The position numbers and the translations under genes are program-made. From Candidatus Anstonellales archaeon (GTDB lineage: Archaea; Micrarchaeota; Micrarchaeia; Anstonellales; J096), in contig JAWAFD010000005.1 in assembly GCA_038890745.1 (NCBI GenBank), forward strand, positions 8,817 to 72,816: a stretch of DNA of 64,000 bases. Direction: 5' to 3'. The notes below the pieces were generated by a model. That model had not been told where the DNA came from and searched no databases. It saw nothing but the letters and a program-made list of their open reading frames with translations. The first letter of the stretch is position 1. Each line of letters starts with the position of its first letter. Below are positions 17,701 through 26,515 of this stretch, piece after piece.

Positions 17701-18451
17701 GAGAGTTTGGAAGGGAAAGGGATTGGGTGGGGGAGGAGCAAACCATTGCTGGGTTTATCCCTCTGCATTCCCATTCGCACTCATAGTAAGAGGAGTATTC
17801 TTTGCCGTTTTCTGTGCAGGAATAAGCGCCATTTGTTTGTTGGCATTTTTTTTCAGCAAAAAAATAGTTTGAATACCTATCTTTTGTTCCAGTGTAGGAA
17901 TTTAAGACCTTATCTGAGAGCGGGAAGAGGTACCGGTAAGTATCGTATTCCTCAAAGCTTTCTCCGATTCCAAACCTAAAACTATTCAGCATAAGCCCTT
18001 TGCTCATCGCGCTTTCAACAGAAGGGGTCATTTTCAAAACATCGCATTCTGCATGCAGAAGGCCAAAAACAGCTCCTTGGCCTGTTGGAAGTTCTATGTT
18101 TCCCTTCTCAACATCCTCATGGCTTATGAGAAGGGGAATGCCTATCTTTCCAAAATCACCGCAGAGCATTCCAGAGCATCCCTCAACACAAGATTTTACC
18201 TCCCATTCTGAACAAACAGAATAGTTGAAATCCTCAACCTCACAGAAAATAGGCTCATCATTTTCTTTCCATACTTTACAATCATCTTCACCAGTATAGC
18301 TAGGGTCTTCTGCGAGCTTGTCCGCAAAATAGCATTTATCGTTTTGAGCATATTTGTAAAGGCAGCAGTGCGCCTCTGGTTTCTGGAAGCAACCAACCAT
18401 AAGAAGAAGCGCAAAACCCAAAAACAAAATAAATAATTTTCTTACTTTCAT
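14759..18451 (-). CDS. Giant Cys-rich secreted/surface protein (1230 aa) with N-terminal signal peptide
   Basis: MKVRKLFILFLGFALLLMVGC signal (possible lipobox-like VGC). There are more than 60 Cys in CxxC/CxC contexts. It lacks internal TM helices. It is the first large ORF of the membrane-protein operon region. Confidence 0.6.
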   Translation of the reverse strand: MKVRKLFILFLGFALLLMVGCFQKPEAHCCLYKYAQNDKCYFADKLAEDPSYTGEDDCKVWKENDEPIFCEVEDFNYSVCSEWEVKSCVEGCSGMLCGDFGKIGIPLLISHEDVEKGNIELPTGQGAVFGLLHAECDVLKMTPSVESAMSKGLMLNSFRFGIGESFEEYDTYRYLFPLSDKVLNSYTGTKDRYSNYFFAEKKCQQTNGAYSCTENGKEYSSYYECEWECRGINPAMVCSSPTQSLSLPNSPFGDEPGSVKHWYGGLFWADVEDESAAGRGNTFWSQGEVELQYPNDGRTANVGVLKFAKEGTGLTAATVGIFGFKEIPTYYANVLPRHTIYASQIFEGGKAEFECESGFECYSGVCGNNVYKRSVCIHASTNKGVECGCSYEYGSVACNPTRTKSVPASDEPKNSVDMWDGETLGVSRASLKTEEWLFTPPSPVSGKISNGKIMIFLSRDVSSTLGPIVNYPLPNDQPTRWAILHYCQIVPTTWSGCQEGGTYVVNFIENCMSEEYKDDIAVCYPPKFGLDGSSMGENWREICSGLTDDDFCVSQGEDGECSAYASAAIVIRKNKDGNFGNCLTDEMGNIVVKEYGWCEPATFNTIAVEHLYPLNEFYDPTGGDPNSEDLPISENNGIARIDLADYPEGPYEDFKNDYEADTTNEINKRIANYCPLLEILPPSNLNARNPNEWEGKTVGEVYENGRVISTGSVDARVACGGHRDDQLRCDAYNLAFGCKDATRQDGDVYDARVSWPDFYPHWKYMKGKLTSYLFSGVMPVLYAEDDELYKTYYGCDSCYEPERTVYKEDATFAYKLLRDIYVSLLYAADDYQGNHAGDYKESASSLGPIIVVIGNAKERNNYEINLEKRAMEVKEPCPYCMPALSGEITITGIDSQDINSERSFLENFDSAYGLEMSDHLAGEEFCAREGTFAGQQCNSLMENSDLFIVEVKINPKIPLNNEEEKIKFYEYVVQKLNNISRKLVSRFGKPSLLMIREVNTPVDKYGMFNYLAYQRARFVNSGIIGMHFSDFSISDGSSLNMQDYCSVESSAEISSGLTPYAFVSEAEVSEECVCVECDEVDILRGVCNGYYLGDPLTGFQCSGYSGNQKWPEGCVVKEMCISPPYSGNLKCRVYSAGKYSFEEYPLQDVMAEPSLYSDLIASIKGLPKICVADNTKTFLSIQSSSIKPIPILFSTSGNESKECVRGSTYANFCGFDVPLKTRVSDCWIDD

Positions 18452-18460
18452 TCTCTCCCC

Positions 18461-19417
18461 CTAAACCAATTTTGAGACCATTGAGATGAATGCTGTTGGC
18501 ATCCCACCAAGTATGACTGTTGCAAACCTTATAAAAACAAAGGAAAGGGAAAGGGCTGCGAGGTTTCCAAGTAAAATCTGGTAGAAAACAGATGCCATGA
18601 AGTCCTGCATTGATTTGTGTTTTATCCCCATCTGGGCTGATTGCATGGAGAACCTGCTAAAATCCAAATCAAACCCTCTTCCTATGCTCAAATAGGTTGG
18701 GTAGTTGCAAACGGTTTCAGTTTCGAGCATAGGGGATTTTGGAGGGGCAACAAAACCCGATGAGGCAATCCATAGAACAGATGGGTAGATGTAGTAAAGA
18801 GCAATTGCTATTGAAATGAACAGAGCACCAAGCCCACGGGTAAGCTTCATTGCGCGGAGAACTATTCCAACTGGAAGGAATATGGAGAGCATGTACTTTG
18901 AGATGTAATCTAGAACGTAGTATTGCGCTGCTAGGAAAACAGAAAGCTCTGTTCCTTTTTGTGTAAGGAACTGAACTTCAGAAACTCTTCTGTATATCGC
19001 CTCCCACCATCCCCCCTGAAAAATGGGGATGCCATACCATCCAAGATAGATTGATGAAAGTGGCATGACCCATCTCGCATCAGATGCTGCTGAATTCAGC
19101 ACATCCTCCATTGATGCGAGCATGAGGAGCGTCTGCTCTTTTGACTGCTCAATCGCAAGAATGTTTATCGGACCCGGAGTTTGCGGGGGTGTAAGAAGGG
19201 TTGAAATCCCATTCAGTATGAAAACAAGGAATATTATACCCAAGGCAACTGCAATATTGTCTATTATTTCAGCAATGGCAATCGTTTGCCCCCTCATGTC
19301 CATGAACATTTTCGCGAACATGTAATGGATTACTTCTATAAAAAATAGTATGAGCACTGAGAGGATTGCAACAATCCCCCAGTTTGTTTCCCAATCAGCA
19401 AGAAAATCCACCATCAT
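18461..19417 (-). CDS. Polytopic membrane protein, paralog family member
   Basis: Multiple hydrophobic segments. It has the family loop motif P-x-G-I-V-L-R-x(5)-R-G-L-G (LPVGIVLRAMKLTRGLGALF). Confidence 0.6.
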   Translation of the reverse strand: MMVDFLADWETNWGIVAILSVLILFFIEVIHYMFAKMFMDMRGQTIAIAEIIDNIAVALGIIFLVFILNGISTLLTPPQTPGPINILAIEQSKEQTLLMLASMEDVLNSAASDARWVMPLSSIYLGWYGIPIFQGGWWEAIYRRVSEVQFLTQKGTELSVFLAAQYYVLDYISKYMLSIFLPVGIVLRAMKLTRGLGALFISIAIALYYIYPSVLWIASSGFVAPPKSPMLETETVCNYPTYLSIGRGFDLDFSRFSMQSAQMGIKHKSMQDFMASVFYQILLGNLAALSLSFVFIRFATVILGGMPTAFISMVSKLV

Positions 19418-20499
19418 ACCATCCTCAAGAATCTTGCGATCTCTATTTCCTCCCCAAGGAATTTTCCGAGAGCGATTATTCCAGCAGAGGTGCCTATGAA
19501 GTTCAATGAAAGCAGGAATGATGAGATTAAAAAGCTTATCGCACCGTATGTAAGCAACCTATCAAGAGAAACCGAGCAGACAGAGCCGTGCTGTGGTGGG
19601 CTGAGGTTTTTGCACAAATATATTTTTCCATCATGCTCCTTGAAAAAATAATCAAACTGCCCGAATAAGAATATGTTCCAGTCAAGCCCTCCCTTAAAGT
19701 ATGGGTCTTTTTCATCTATGTTCAACCCTCCTGGGGATGTCAAGTAGTGGATCTCATTTTGATTATCATATCCCCATTTTTCAGGCCTGAAAACAAGCCC
19801 TTCTATAACAAGAAGGGTAGGGAAGAAAACAATGAAGCCGGCTCCTATCGCAAGCAGAACACCCCCAACCCTTCTTGCAAAAGGTATAGATCGAAGGACA
19901 AGCCCAAGAGGGATGATAAGGAGGAAGCCCCCATTCATAAAAGAGCGCAACAGATATTTCTGCGAAAGAATGGTGAGAAGAGAAATTGTTGTTGTGTACG
20001 CCTGTGCGTTAAGAACGGCTGAAATCAAAGATGCCCACGCATCAGGGTTTAACCCAACCCCTTGGCCTGCGAGGAAGCACCAAAGGCTTTTACACTCGTA
20101 TTTCCATACTGAAGAAATAAATCCTGCCATCATATTGTATATCCTTGTCATACGCATGGTGTTGTGCACATAGATACTCATGTTATCAAGGTAAGCATCT
20201 GCAAAATCGTACATACACATATCTCCCTGCACTGAAAACCCTGTTAGTTCGGAAAGCACGGAAACATTGTAAATTGTTCCAAGATTGAGGAAGCTGAGGA
20301 TAAAAACTGAGATGAGAGTTGAGAAAAAAAGCTGTGGAATCTCATCATGCGCCCAAACATCCAGTTTTGGGTTGTTTGTTATTTTTCCAATCATGTAAAT
20401 TATTGAGATGATTATTGCAGAGGAAGCGATGCCTATGGCCATGGCTGTGTACACAAAGCCCATGTTCAGCATCTCAGGAGTAAATGTTGTACAGGTCAT
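19414..20499 (-). CDS. Polytopic membrane protein, paralog family member (track ORF 19414..20736; likely start Met80 = MTCTTF at 20499)
   Basis: Family motif IIPLGLVLRSIPFARRVGGVLLAIGAGF. The 79-aa N-terminal extension of the track ORF overlaps the upstream gene and is Arg/Cys-rich junk. Confidence 0.55.
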   Translation of the reverse strand: MTCTTFTPEMLNMGFVYTAMAIGIASSAIIISIIYMIGKITNNPKLDVWAHDEIPQLFFSTLISVFILSFLNLGTIYNVSVLSELTGFSVQGDMCMYDFADAYLDNMSIYVHNTMRMTRIYNMMAGFISSVWKYECKSLWCFLAGQGVGLNPDAWASLISAVLNAQAYTTTISLLTILSQKYLLRSFMNGGFLLIIPLGLVLRSIPFARRVGGVLLAIGAGFIVFFPTLLVIEGLVFRPEKWGYDNQNEIHYLTSPGGLNIDEKDPYFKGGLDWNIFLFGQFDYFFKEHDGKIYLCKNLSPPQHGSVCSVSLDRLLTYGAISFLISSFLLSLNFIGTSAGIIALGKFLGEEIEIARFLRMV

Positions 20500-21518
20500 G
20501 CTATCCTCTCCAACTGCGCCAGCACAAAGGCGTACACCTCTGCGCCAAAGGCTTTTGAAGACGCACCTATCAGGGAGATGAGGACTAGAAGGGAAATCCC
20601 CTCTGAGAACATGGATTTTACGAGCGCAAGGAAAACAGGACCGGAATAATCTGCGTTTATCATTGTTTCTGTCGCCTCCATGGCGTCGTACACCGGGTCT
20701 GCAGAACCGCTGCGACCCATGTTCGTTGCCTTGCACTCAATTTTGGATGTGTCCACATTTATAGCCGGGTTGAGAGCGTTGATGTTTTGATACTCTGTGG
20801 AAACCCCATACATGAAAACAATCATAAGCGGGTAGACAAAATAAAGCCCGAACGCAAGGGAAAGCAAAAACCCTCCCAGCCCCCTGCTTATCCCAAAGCA
20901 TCTCATAAATATCCCAATCGGAAAAACAATCAAGAGAACAAAATCAGGGGTAAGCTTAAGGAGGAATATCTGGGAGCTTGTTGTTGCAATGGAAGCGCCA
21001 ACTGTAGCTGCGTACATGCTGAGTGGGCTGGAAAACGCACTGAAGCCCATGCATGGGTTGATGCTGAAACCCATGTACACTCCTTTGCAATAGAAATCCT
21101 TTGTGGATTCCTTACTAATGTCTTTTGAAACTGCTGCTATCTGGGTTAGGAGGAGTGTCTGCTCAGAGAGAAGCCTTTCGCTTATGTCTATTGCGAAGTT
21201 TATGTGCTTGGGTGTTGGAACTGCATTAAGATTCTCATTCGGGAACCAATAGGAAGCAGCCCCTGCGGAAAACTGATCTATGATCGCAACCGCGAAAAGG
21301 AAGAGGGAGAACATGGCAAGGGTTGCGATCCACTCGTACGCCTCATGCTTGGCTGCAAGCTTCAGTCCCTCGCTCTCAAAAGCTATTCCGACCGCGTACA
21401 CAACACTAATGAGTAGGGCTGCGATGAGCATCGCAAGAATGGAGGAAACCTCCCAGTTTTCTGGCTGGGCTGCAAAGGAAAGAGCAAACATCAACAGGAG
21501 GAATAATATTTTTCTCAT
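20496..21518 (-). CDS. Signal-peptide polytopic membrane protein, paralog family member
   Basis: MRKILFLLLMFALSFAAQ signal. Family motif FPIGIFMRCFGISRGLGGFLLSLAFGLY. Confidence 0.6.
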   Translation of the reverse strand: MRKILFLLLMFALSFAAQPENWEVSSILAMLIAALLISVVYAVGIAFESEGLKLAAKHEAYEWIATLAMFSLFLFAVAIIDQFSAGAASYWFPNENLNAVPTPKHINFAIDISERLLSEQTLLLTQIAAVSKDISKESTKDFYCKGVYMGFSINPCMGFSAFSSPLSMYAATVGASIATTSSQIFLLKLTPDFVLLIVFPIGIFMRCFGISRGLGGFLLSLAFGLYFVYPLMIVFMYGVSTEYQNINALNPAINVDTSKIECKATNMGRSGSADPVYDAMEATETMINADYSGPVFLALVKSMFSEGISLLVLISLIGASSKAFGAEVYAFVLAQLERIA

Positions 21519-23239
21519 AAAAGCTCACCCAAACCAGGAACGAAAAGCTCCCCTCCTAAAAATGAGGCAAGCCCTGAGATGAAAACTATTGTTGCAGCTA
21601 TGTTGAAAAGCGGAAGGAGGTAAGCGCTTATCATTATTTTCGCAACGTTTTCAACAAAACGAATGCCCGTGAGTGCTCCCCGGGAGGAATGGGTCTGGGT
21701 CGGAATTTTTGTGGCGCAATGCTCCTCGCATTTTGCAAAAACAGGTGGATTGTAGGAAAAGCCTGGATCATCAAAATCAAGAATGGCTTTGCAGTCAGCC
21801 TTTCCCATATCCTCATGTATTATGTAAACGCTCGTTTGCTTAGCTGCATTAATCATTCCCTCCCTGTTCTCAGCATAAAAACTCGTGTTTGCATTCTTCC
21901 ATATCCGCCCTGGATTTTGCGGATAGTAGCTTTCGCATCCTGACTTGAATGTACTATAGTTTATATGATCATAGCAGTAGGAGGTTCCATTTGTATAAAC
22001 CGCCATGCAGAAAGATGGGCAGTACTCGGATGAGGAGGGAATGGAAAAGGGTGCAACAACCCTACACCTTGAATCAACGTTTTTCAATTTTTCATAATCA
22101 GGTTCAAGAACAACCCTGGTCAAAAAGCATTTTTCTCTTGTTTTAAAAATTTCCGAGCAATTTTCTTTCACATCCGCGCAAAAAGGATTTTCAAATGGAT
22201 AGGGAAGAACACGGCAGAATGAAGGGCAGGTTGGTGGATAGTCGCAGGAGCATACACCGCCAAAACATTCTTTACTTCCATTATATATTCCTTCTAACTC
22301 CTCATTCGTCCATTCATTCTCCCGCGCAATTTGTATGAGCTGCAAATATGAGATTGAGTGTGTTGAGTTGTAGGCTACGGGTGAAAACATTTTGCATTCA
22401 AGAGGGCACTGCTCACCAAAGTCATACCCTATATCAGTAGAGAACCTGTTTTCTGTTATTGCGAAAGTTAGCAGAAACATCCCGGGAAAAACAACCATCG
22501 CCCCAAACCCAACAGCAATCAACGTTCCTCCCCATCTTCTAGTGAGGAAGAAAGAGCGAAGGATAACTCCAGTAAGTATGAAAAAAGGCCCAAGGACAAA
22601 TGCCATGTTATCCAAGAAGAATTTCTCGGCTAGTAAAAGGGAGTAGGCAGAGCTTAAAAAATCCATCAAAACCTGATCCCTTATAAGATAAATGGAAAAA
22701 CCACTAGATATACTTAAGCTACCATAGAGGTAAAACCACCATCCAGGCTCGTCTATCGTAGAACTGGTATCCCCACCAAACCCTAATGATGAGGAAGAAA
22801 TTTTGCCCCAAGTTATCGCATCAAAGTATATCTCTTCAGCAATTCTTCTTACCTCCTTTATATACCATCCCAAATATTCAGAGGCGCTTCCTGCTACGCA
22901 GTTTCCCTGCGCGCATGGAATTACCTGGGATGCAAGCGCATCCAAAAAACCGATGAAAGCAATTATAAAAATTACTATAAGCGCATTTATGAATATTTCT
23001 CCAAGCTCTATCTTTCCCCATGCCTCAAGCTGGGAAAGCCCAAAGGATTTTCCACCAACTATGGCGAATATCGCAACCATGAGTGAGATAAGGATGAGAA
23101 GAAGAGAAACGAGTTGCCAGTTTGAGAGGACTGCTGAAACAAAGGTTGTTTGCGGAAGATTTTCGAGTGCCTGAGTGTATGTGGGCAGCTGGGCAAAAAG
23201 CAAAAGAACCAGCAGCAAAAGAATAAATATCTTTTTCAT
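21515..23239 (-). CDS. Signal-peptide polytopic membrane protein with C-terminal Cys-rich ectodomain, paralog family member
   Basis: MKKIFILLLLVLLLFAQ signal. Family motif LGPFFILTGVILRSFFLTRRWGGTLIAVGFG. About 20 Cys are in the C-terminal 250 aa. Confidence 0.6.
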   Translation of the reverse strand: MKKIFILLLLVLLLFAQLPTYTQALENLPQTTFVSAVLSNWQLVSLLLILISLMVAIFAIVGGKSFGLSQLEAWGKIELGEIFINALIVIFIIAFIGFLDALASQVIPCAQGNCVAGSASEYLGWYIKEVRRIAEEIYFDAITWGKISSSSLGFGGDTSSTIDEPGWWFYLYGSLSISSGFSIYLIRDQVLMDFLSSAYSLLLAEKFFLDNMAFVLGPFFILTGVILRSFFLTRRWGGTLIAVGFGAMVVFPGMFLLTFAITENRFSTDIGYDFGEQCPLECKMFSPVAYNSTHSISYLQLIQIARENEWTNEELEGIYNGSKECFGGVCSCDYPPTCPSFCRVLPYPFENPFCADVKENCSEIFKTREKCFLTRVVLEPDYEKLKNVDSRCRVVAPFSIPSSSEYCPSFCMAVYTNGTSYCYDHINYSTFKSGCESYYPQNPGRIWKNANTSFYAENREGMINAAKQTSVYIIHEDMGKADCKAILDFDDPGFSYNPPVFAKCEEHCATKIPTQTHSSRGALTGIRFVENVAKIMISAYLLPLFNIAATIVFISGLASFLGGELFVPGLGELL

Positions 23240-24228
23240 TGCACACCACCAAACGAGAGTGCTCTCCTTATCGCATCTATGGAGCTTATGGTGATTGCGA
23301 GAGCTATATTAGGGAAAAGTATTGTGTAAGGAAAGAACTTTGCAAACGCAATAAACCCATTCGCTTCGCAGCCACCAAAAAATGGGTCGCTTGCAACAGC
23401 GGAATTGCACGGAATGGAGATGCTATCATAGCTTACTGCAAAAACAGAGTAGGAGAATGGAAGGAGGATGTAGAAAGAAAAAATAATCCCGAGAAGGATG
23501 TTCCCAGCCTCCCTTGCCTGCGGAACGAGCCGCGCCATGACTGCGAATGGTACGCTCCACGGAACGATCACATCCAAAGCAAGCTCAAACATTATTCCCT
23601 GCATCTTTGCTGAAAGAAGGAGCATGGAAAGAAGGTTTATGAGAATCTCAATCTGTGAGGCAACAATCTCCCTCCAATAATTCGTGTAAAGTACAACCCC
23701 ACTTCCAGAAAAGTCGTACCTTCCAGCGTATACAGAAGAGAGGATGCGGTAGTCGAAATAATCGCTGTACAACGTTCCTATCGTATTCTGGAGCTCGTTC
23801 TGCATTTTTGAAAAAAAGTTTTTTGAGTACTCAATTGGGTTATGAATTCCAGCGTACGCTGAGAGGTAGGAAGAAAAAATGGTGCAGCTTCCTATGAATA
23901 TTCCCTGGATAAGCAAAAGCATTAAAACGGTTATAATTAGGTGGGAAAGTTCCTCTTTAGCAAGGACAATGAAGTTTGGAAAATGAAACGCAGAGCCGAT
24001 TATGTAAACTATTGCGATAAGAAGGGCTGCAATCCCAACAAGTACCATAAGCACATCCCACCAGAAGTTATCCATTCCTGTTGTCGGGTCGCATACATTC
24101 TGAGCAAAAAGCAGGGAAAATACCATGAGTAAAAAAAATGCTTTCTTCACCCCATCACCCTGTAAACCTTGAAAATCCATACATGAAAAATTCCCCTCCC
24201 AGTGCAATCGAGATGGAGCGGTAGGCAC
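23236..24228 (-). CDS. Signal-peptide polytopic membrane protein, paralog family member (probable start GTG at about 24150, or ATG at 24180)
   Basis: An internal (V)KKAFFLLMVFSLLFAQ signal matches the family. Family motif VPFAVMARLVPQAREAGNILLGIIF. Confidence 0.55.
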   Translation of the reverse strand: MPTAPSRLHWEGNFSCMDFQGLQGDGVKKAFFLLMVFSLLFAQNVCDPTTGMDNFWWDVLMVLVGIAALLIAIVYIIGSAFHFPNFIVLAKEELSHLIITVLMLLLIQGIFIGSCTIFSSYLSAYAGIHNPIEYSKNFFSKMQNELQNTIGTLYSDYFDYRILSSVYAGRYDFSGSGVVLYTNYWREIVASQIEILINLLSMLLLSAKMQGIMFELALDVIVPWSVPFAVMARLVPQAREAGNILLGIIFSFYILLPFSYSVFAVSYDSISIPCNSAVASDPFFGGCEANGFIAFAKFFPYTILFPNIALAITISSIDAIRRALSFGGVQ

Positions 24229-25279
24229 TAACCACTATAAGAGTGACTGAAACGAAGAATATTGTAAGCGTTGTGCTCAGCTCGATCACTGCTGGAATGA
24301 AAACGTCCATAACAGGAACGAAAACCTCCGGAACCGTACTCATGAATTGAAACTTTATTACTGCCGTAAATTGCAATACGGCCATAAGAACAAATGCAGC
24401 ACTGTACAGGAAGTCAACTATATGTTCGCATACGTTATAGGGAAGAAGCCAGAAAAGCGGGATGCATATCGCAACATCGTAAACAAAATCCGTCGGTTGG
24501 ACAAATGACTGAAATAATGGCGAGCATACAACTGGTGCAAACTTACTAATCCTCATAGGGTCTGGAATACTGCGATCCATTGACATTTCCTCAATATTAT
24601 TCACAATCTCATTGTAATGAGGCATGGAAACTGCGACATCAAGAAAATCCCCGACAACAACAACCGCAGCAGGAAGAACTATGGCTGCTGAAAGGGCTAA
24701 TGCGATCAGGGTCGCACCTATTTTTCTTGTTCCCGGCATAAGCCTGAACGCAAATGCAATGGGCATGAGCCAGTCCTTTGCTATCCACGCTGCAAATGGG
24801 ATTAAGATTTTCAGCGAGACAATCGCAAAATAGAATGTGGAAAGAACATTTCCTATTCCATGGAGAGAAGAGGAAACAGGACCAAGCCCACGAAATGGCG
24901 CCTGACCCATATTAAGCTGAAAAATTGAGATGGGAATGGCTATATTGTAGCTTAGGCCGGCATACTGCCCTACTCGTGTGAGAACAGCGGAATACTGAAC
25001 AAATAAAAATTTTGTTTTGTTTTCAAATTTTTCCAGCAAAGAGCCAGAAAAGTCCCCCACATTTTCATAGCCTGTGTAGGTTTTTATGAGTGAGTCTATT
25101 GAGTTTAGCATCCCAAAAATTATTATGAGGAGCAGGATTCCTGTTATGGTTGCCCTCACCTCCTCTTTCACTTTCGCATCGAACTGAGGGTTGTTCAGAA
25201 TTCCGGCGAGCATGAACCCAAGTGCTATCACAAGAATCGAAATGCCTATGATCGCAGGTAGGCAAAAGAATGGGTCCAT
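24155..25279 (-). CDS. Polytopic membrane protein, paralog family member (track ORF 24155..25522; likely start MDPFF at 25279)
   Basis: Family motif IPFAAWIAKDWLMPIAFAFRLMPGTRKIGATLIALALS. The N-terminal 81 aa of the track ORF overlap the divergent gene 25314... Confidence 0.55.
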   Translation of the reverse strand: MDPFFCLPAIIGISILVIALGFMLAGILNNPQFDAKVKEEVRATITGILLLIIIFGMLNSIDSLIKTYTGYENVGDFSGSLLEKFENKTKFLFVQYSAVLTRVGQYAGLSYNIAIPISIFQLNMGQAPFRGLGPVSSSLHGIGNVLSTFYFAIVSLKILIPFAAWIAKDWLMPIAFAFRLMPGTRKIGATLIALALSAAIVLPAAVVVVGDFLDVAVSMPHYNEIVNNIEEMSMDRSIPDPMRISKFAPVVCSPLFQSFVQPTDFVYDVAICIPLFWLLPYNVCEHIVDFLYSAAFVLMAVLQFTAVIKFQFMSTVPEVFVPVMDVFIPAVIELSTTLTIFFVSVTLIVVSAYRSISIALGGEFFMYGFSRFTG

Positions 25280-25313
25280 CGCTAGGAGTTGAAAGTAAGC
25301 GCTTAAAAATGTT

Positions 25314-26186
25314 TTGTATTCAAAGAAACAAGGGGAGAGTATGAGAAAAATTATTGTATTGCTTATTGTGTTGGGAATGTTCGGAAGCGTGTTTGCAGCC
25401 ACAGAGCAAAAGCTCGAGATAATAGTAAAGGAGGTTAAGCCAGTTGTTTCCATGCAACCAATGAATTGCGACCCTGCAAACAACGGACCATTCAAGTTTA
25501 TGATAACCCTTGGGTTTAACAACGATTATCAAGTAGATGTTCCGGTATACTACTCGCTCTATGACATGAGAACAGGGGTATGGGTTGATAAGGACCTTCT
25601 TCTCGTTGTGGATGAGGGGAATATTGAGGATAAACAGGTTCAGTTTGATTTCTACTATGGAGGAAAAGGGAATGGAACGGTTGAGGTTCCGGCAATAGAG
25701 TTAAGGTATGCAGACCCTCTGCATGAAGGACTTACTATTAGAAAAAATATTACACTAACCGTTGACCACTGGGAAACAACAAATGAAATAATGGTTAAAA
25801 GGAACCTCGCGGAGATCGAGGGTTTGGTTTCTCAGATTGAAGAAAAGGGATGCGATGCTAGTGAGATCAAAAACAAAATAACTGAGATAAAAAACCTTTT
25901 GACAATATGCGAATGCCCAAATGCAAACAAACTCGCAACGCAAGTGAAATCACGGGCAAGTACTTTGCTTGCAGAATGCGTTCCTCCTGCTCCTGAGGAG
26001 GAGGAAGAGGAAATAAACATAACCCCTCCGGAAGAGGAGAAACCACATGAGGAGGAAAAACCACCAGTAATAGAGCAACCTAAGGAAGAAGAGGAAGAAG
26101 AACCGGTGAAAGAACAGCCCGGCATGTGCCCATCGGCATTCGTTTTGGCAGCACTTGGGGTGGCGTTAGCTAAATGGGAGTATTAG
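25314..26186 (+). CDS. Secreted protein with acidic/Pro-rich linker and C-terminal hydrophobic anchor (possible sorting signal)
   Basis: Signal peptide MRKIIVLLIVLGMFGSVFAA (likely start 25341). It ends PPEEEKPHEEEKPPVIEQPKEEEEEEPVKEQPGMCPSAFVLAALGVALAKWEY, which resembles PGF-CTERM-like sorting signals only loosely. Confidence 0.5.
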   Translation: MYSKKQGESMRKIIVLLIVLGMFGSVFAATEQKLEIIVKEVKPVVSMQPMNCDPANNGPFKFMITLGFNNDYQVDVPVYYSLYDMRTGVWVDKDLLLVVDEGNIEDKQVQFDFYYGGKGNGTVEVPAIELRYADPLHEGLTIRKNITLTVDHWETTNEIMVKRNLAEIEGLVSQIEEKGCDASEIKNKITEIKNLLTICECPNANKLATQVKSRASTLLAECVPPAPEEEEEEINITPPEEEKPHEEEKPPVIEQPKEEEEEEPVKEQPGMCPSAFVLAALGVALAKWEY

Positions 26187-26506
26187 ATTTGTTGTTAGGA
26201 TGGCTAAAAGGAAAGCCTAAGTATGCAGAAAAAAAGTACAAGTGCCCAAACTGCGGGGAAGAAATAACATTAGATATGGAAAGATGCCCGAAGTGCGGGA
26301 CAAGAATAAAGAGCATGTTCAGAAAAAAATGCCCGAAGTGTGGAACCGCAAACCAGATTGATGCGAAAAAATGCGAGAAATGCGGGTTTGATTTTGAGGA
26401 GCTCGAAGTAAAGGAGAGGAAAACAATATACAGATGTCCGAGATGCGGGTACAAAATGGATTATTATGCAACAAGATGTCCTTCCTGCGGGATAAAATTT
26501 ATGTGA
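26174..26506 (+). CDS. Multi zinc-ribbon protein (six CxxC-N-CxxC units)
   Basis: Repeats CPNCGEE, CPKCGT, CPKCGTAN, CEKCGF, CPRCGY, CPSCG. Confidence 0.6.
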   Translation: MGVLDLLLGWLKGKPKYAEKKYKCPNCGEEITLDMERCPKCGTRIKSMFRKKCPKCGTANQIDAKKCEKCGFDFEELEVKERKTIYRCPRCGYKMDYYATRCPSCGIKFM

Positions 26507-26515
26507 GGGAGGAAA

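Noticed and set aside
17500-17979. 159-aa plus-strand ORF and other 60-105-aa ORFs at 15-18.4 kb
   Set aside because: They are antisense within the 1230-aa Cys-rich gene. Their basic/low-complexity translations are not supported.
19414-20736. N-terminal 79 aa of track ORF (MQGNEHGSQRFCRPG...)
   Set aside because: This stretch overlaps the 3' end of upstream gene 20496..21518 in another frame. The Arg/Cys-rich junk precedes an obvious start at MTCTTF (20499) with a 4-nt operon overlap.
25280-25532. N-terminal extension of 24155..25522 and ORF 25320..25532
   Set aside because: Both overlap the divergent, signal-peptide-bearing gene 25314..26186. Hydrophobic family homology begins only at MDPFF (25279).
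25832-26125. Minus-strand ORFs (97, 65 aa) and apparent repetitiveness of DNA at 25.98-26.1 kb
   Set aside because: The repetition is GAA/GAG codon bias of the Glu/Pro-rich linker of 25314..26186. It is not a tandem DNA repeat or CRISPR array, and the ORFs are antisense shadows.
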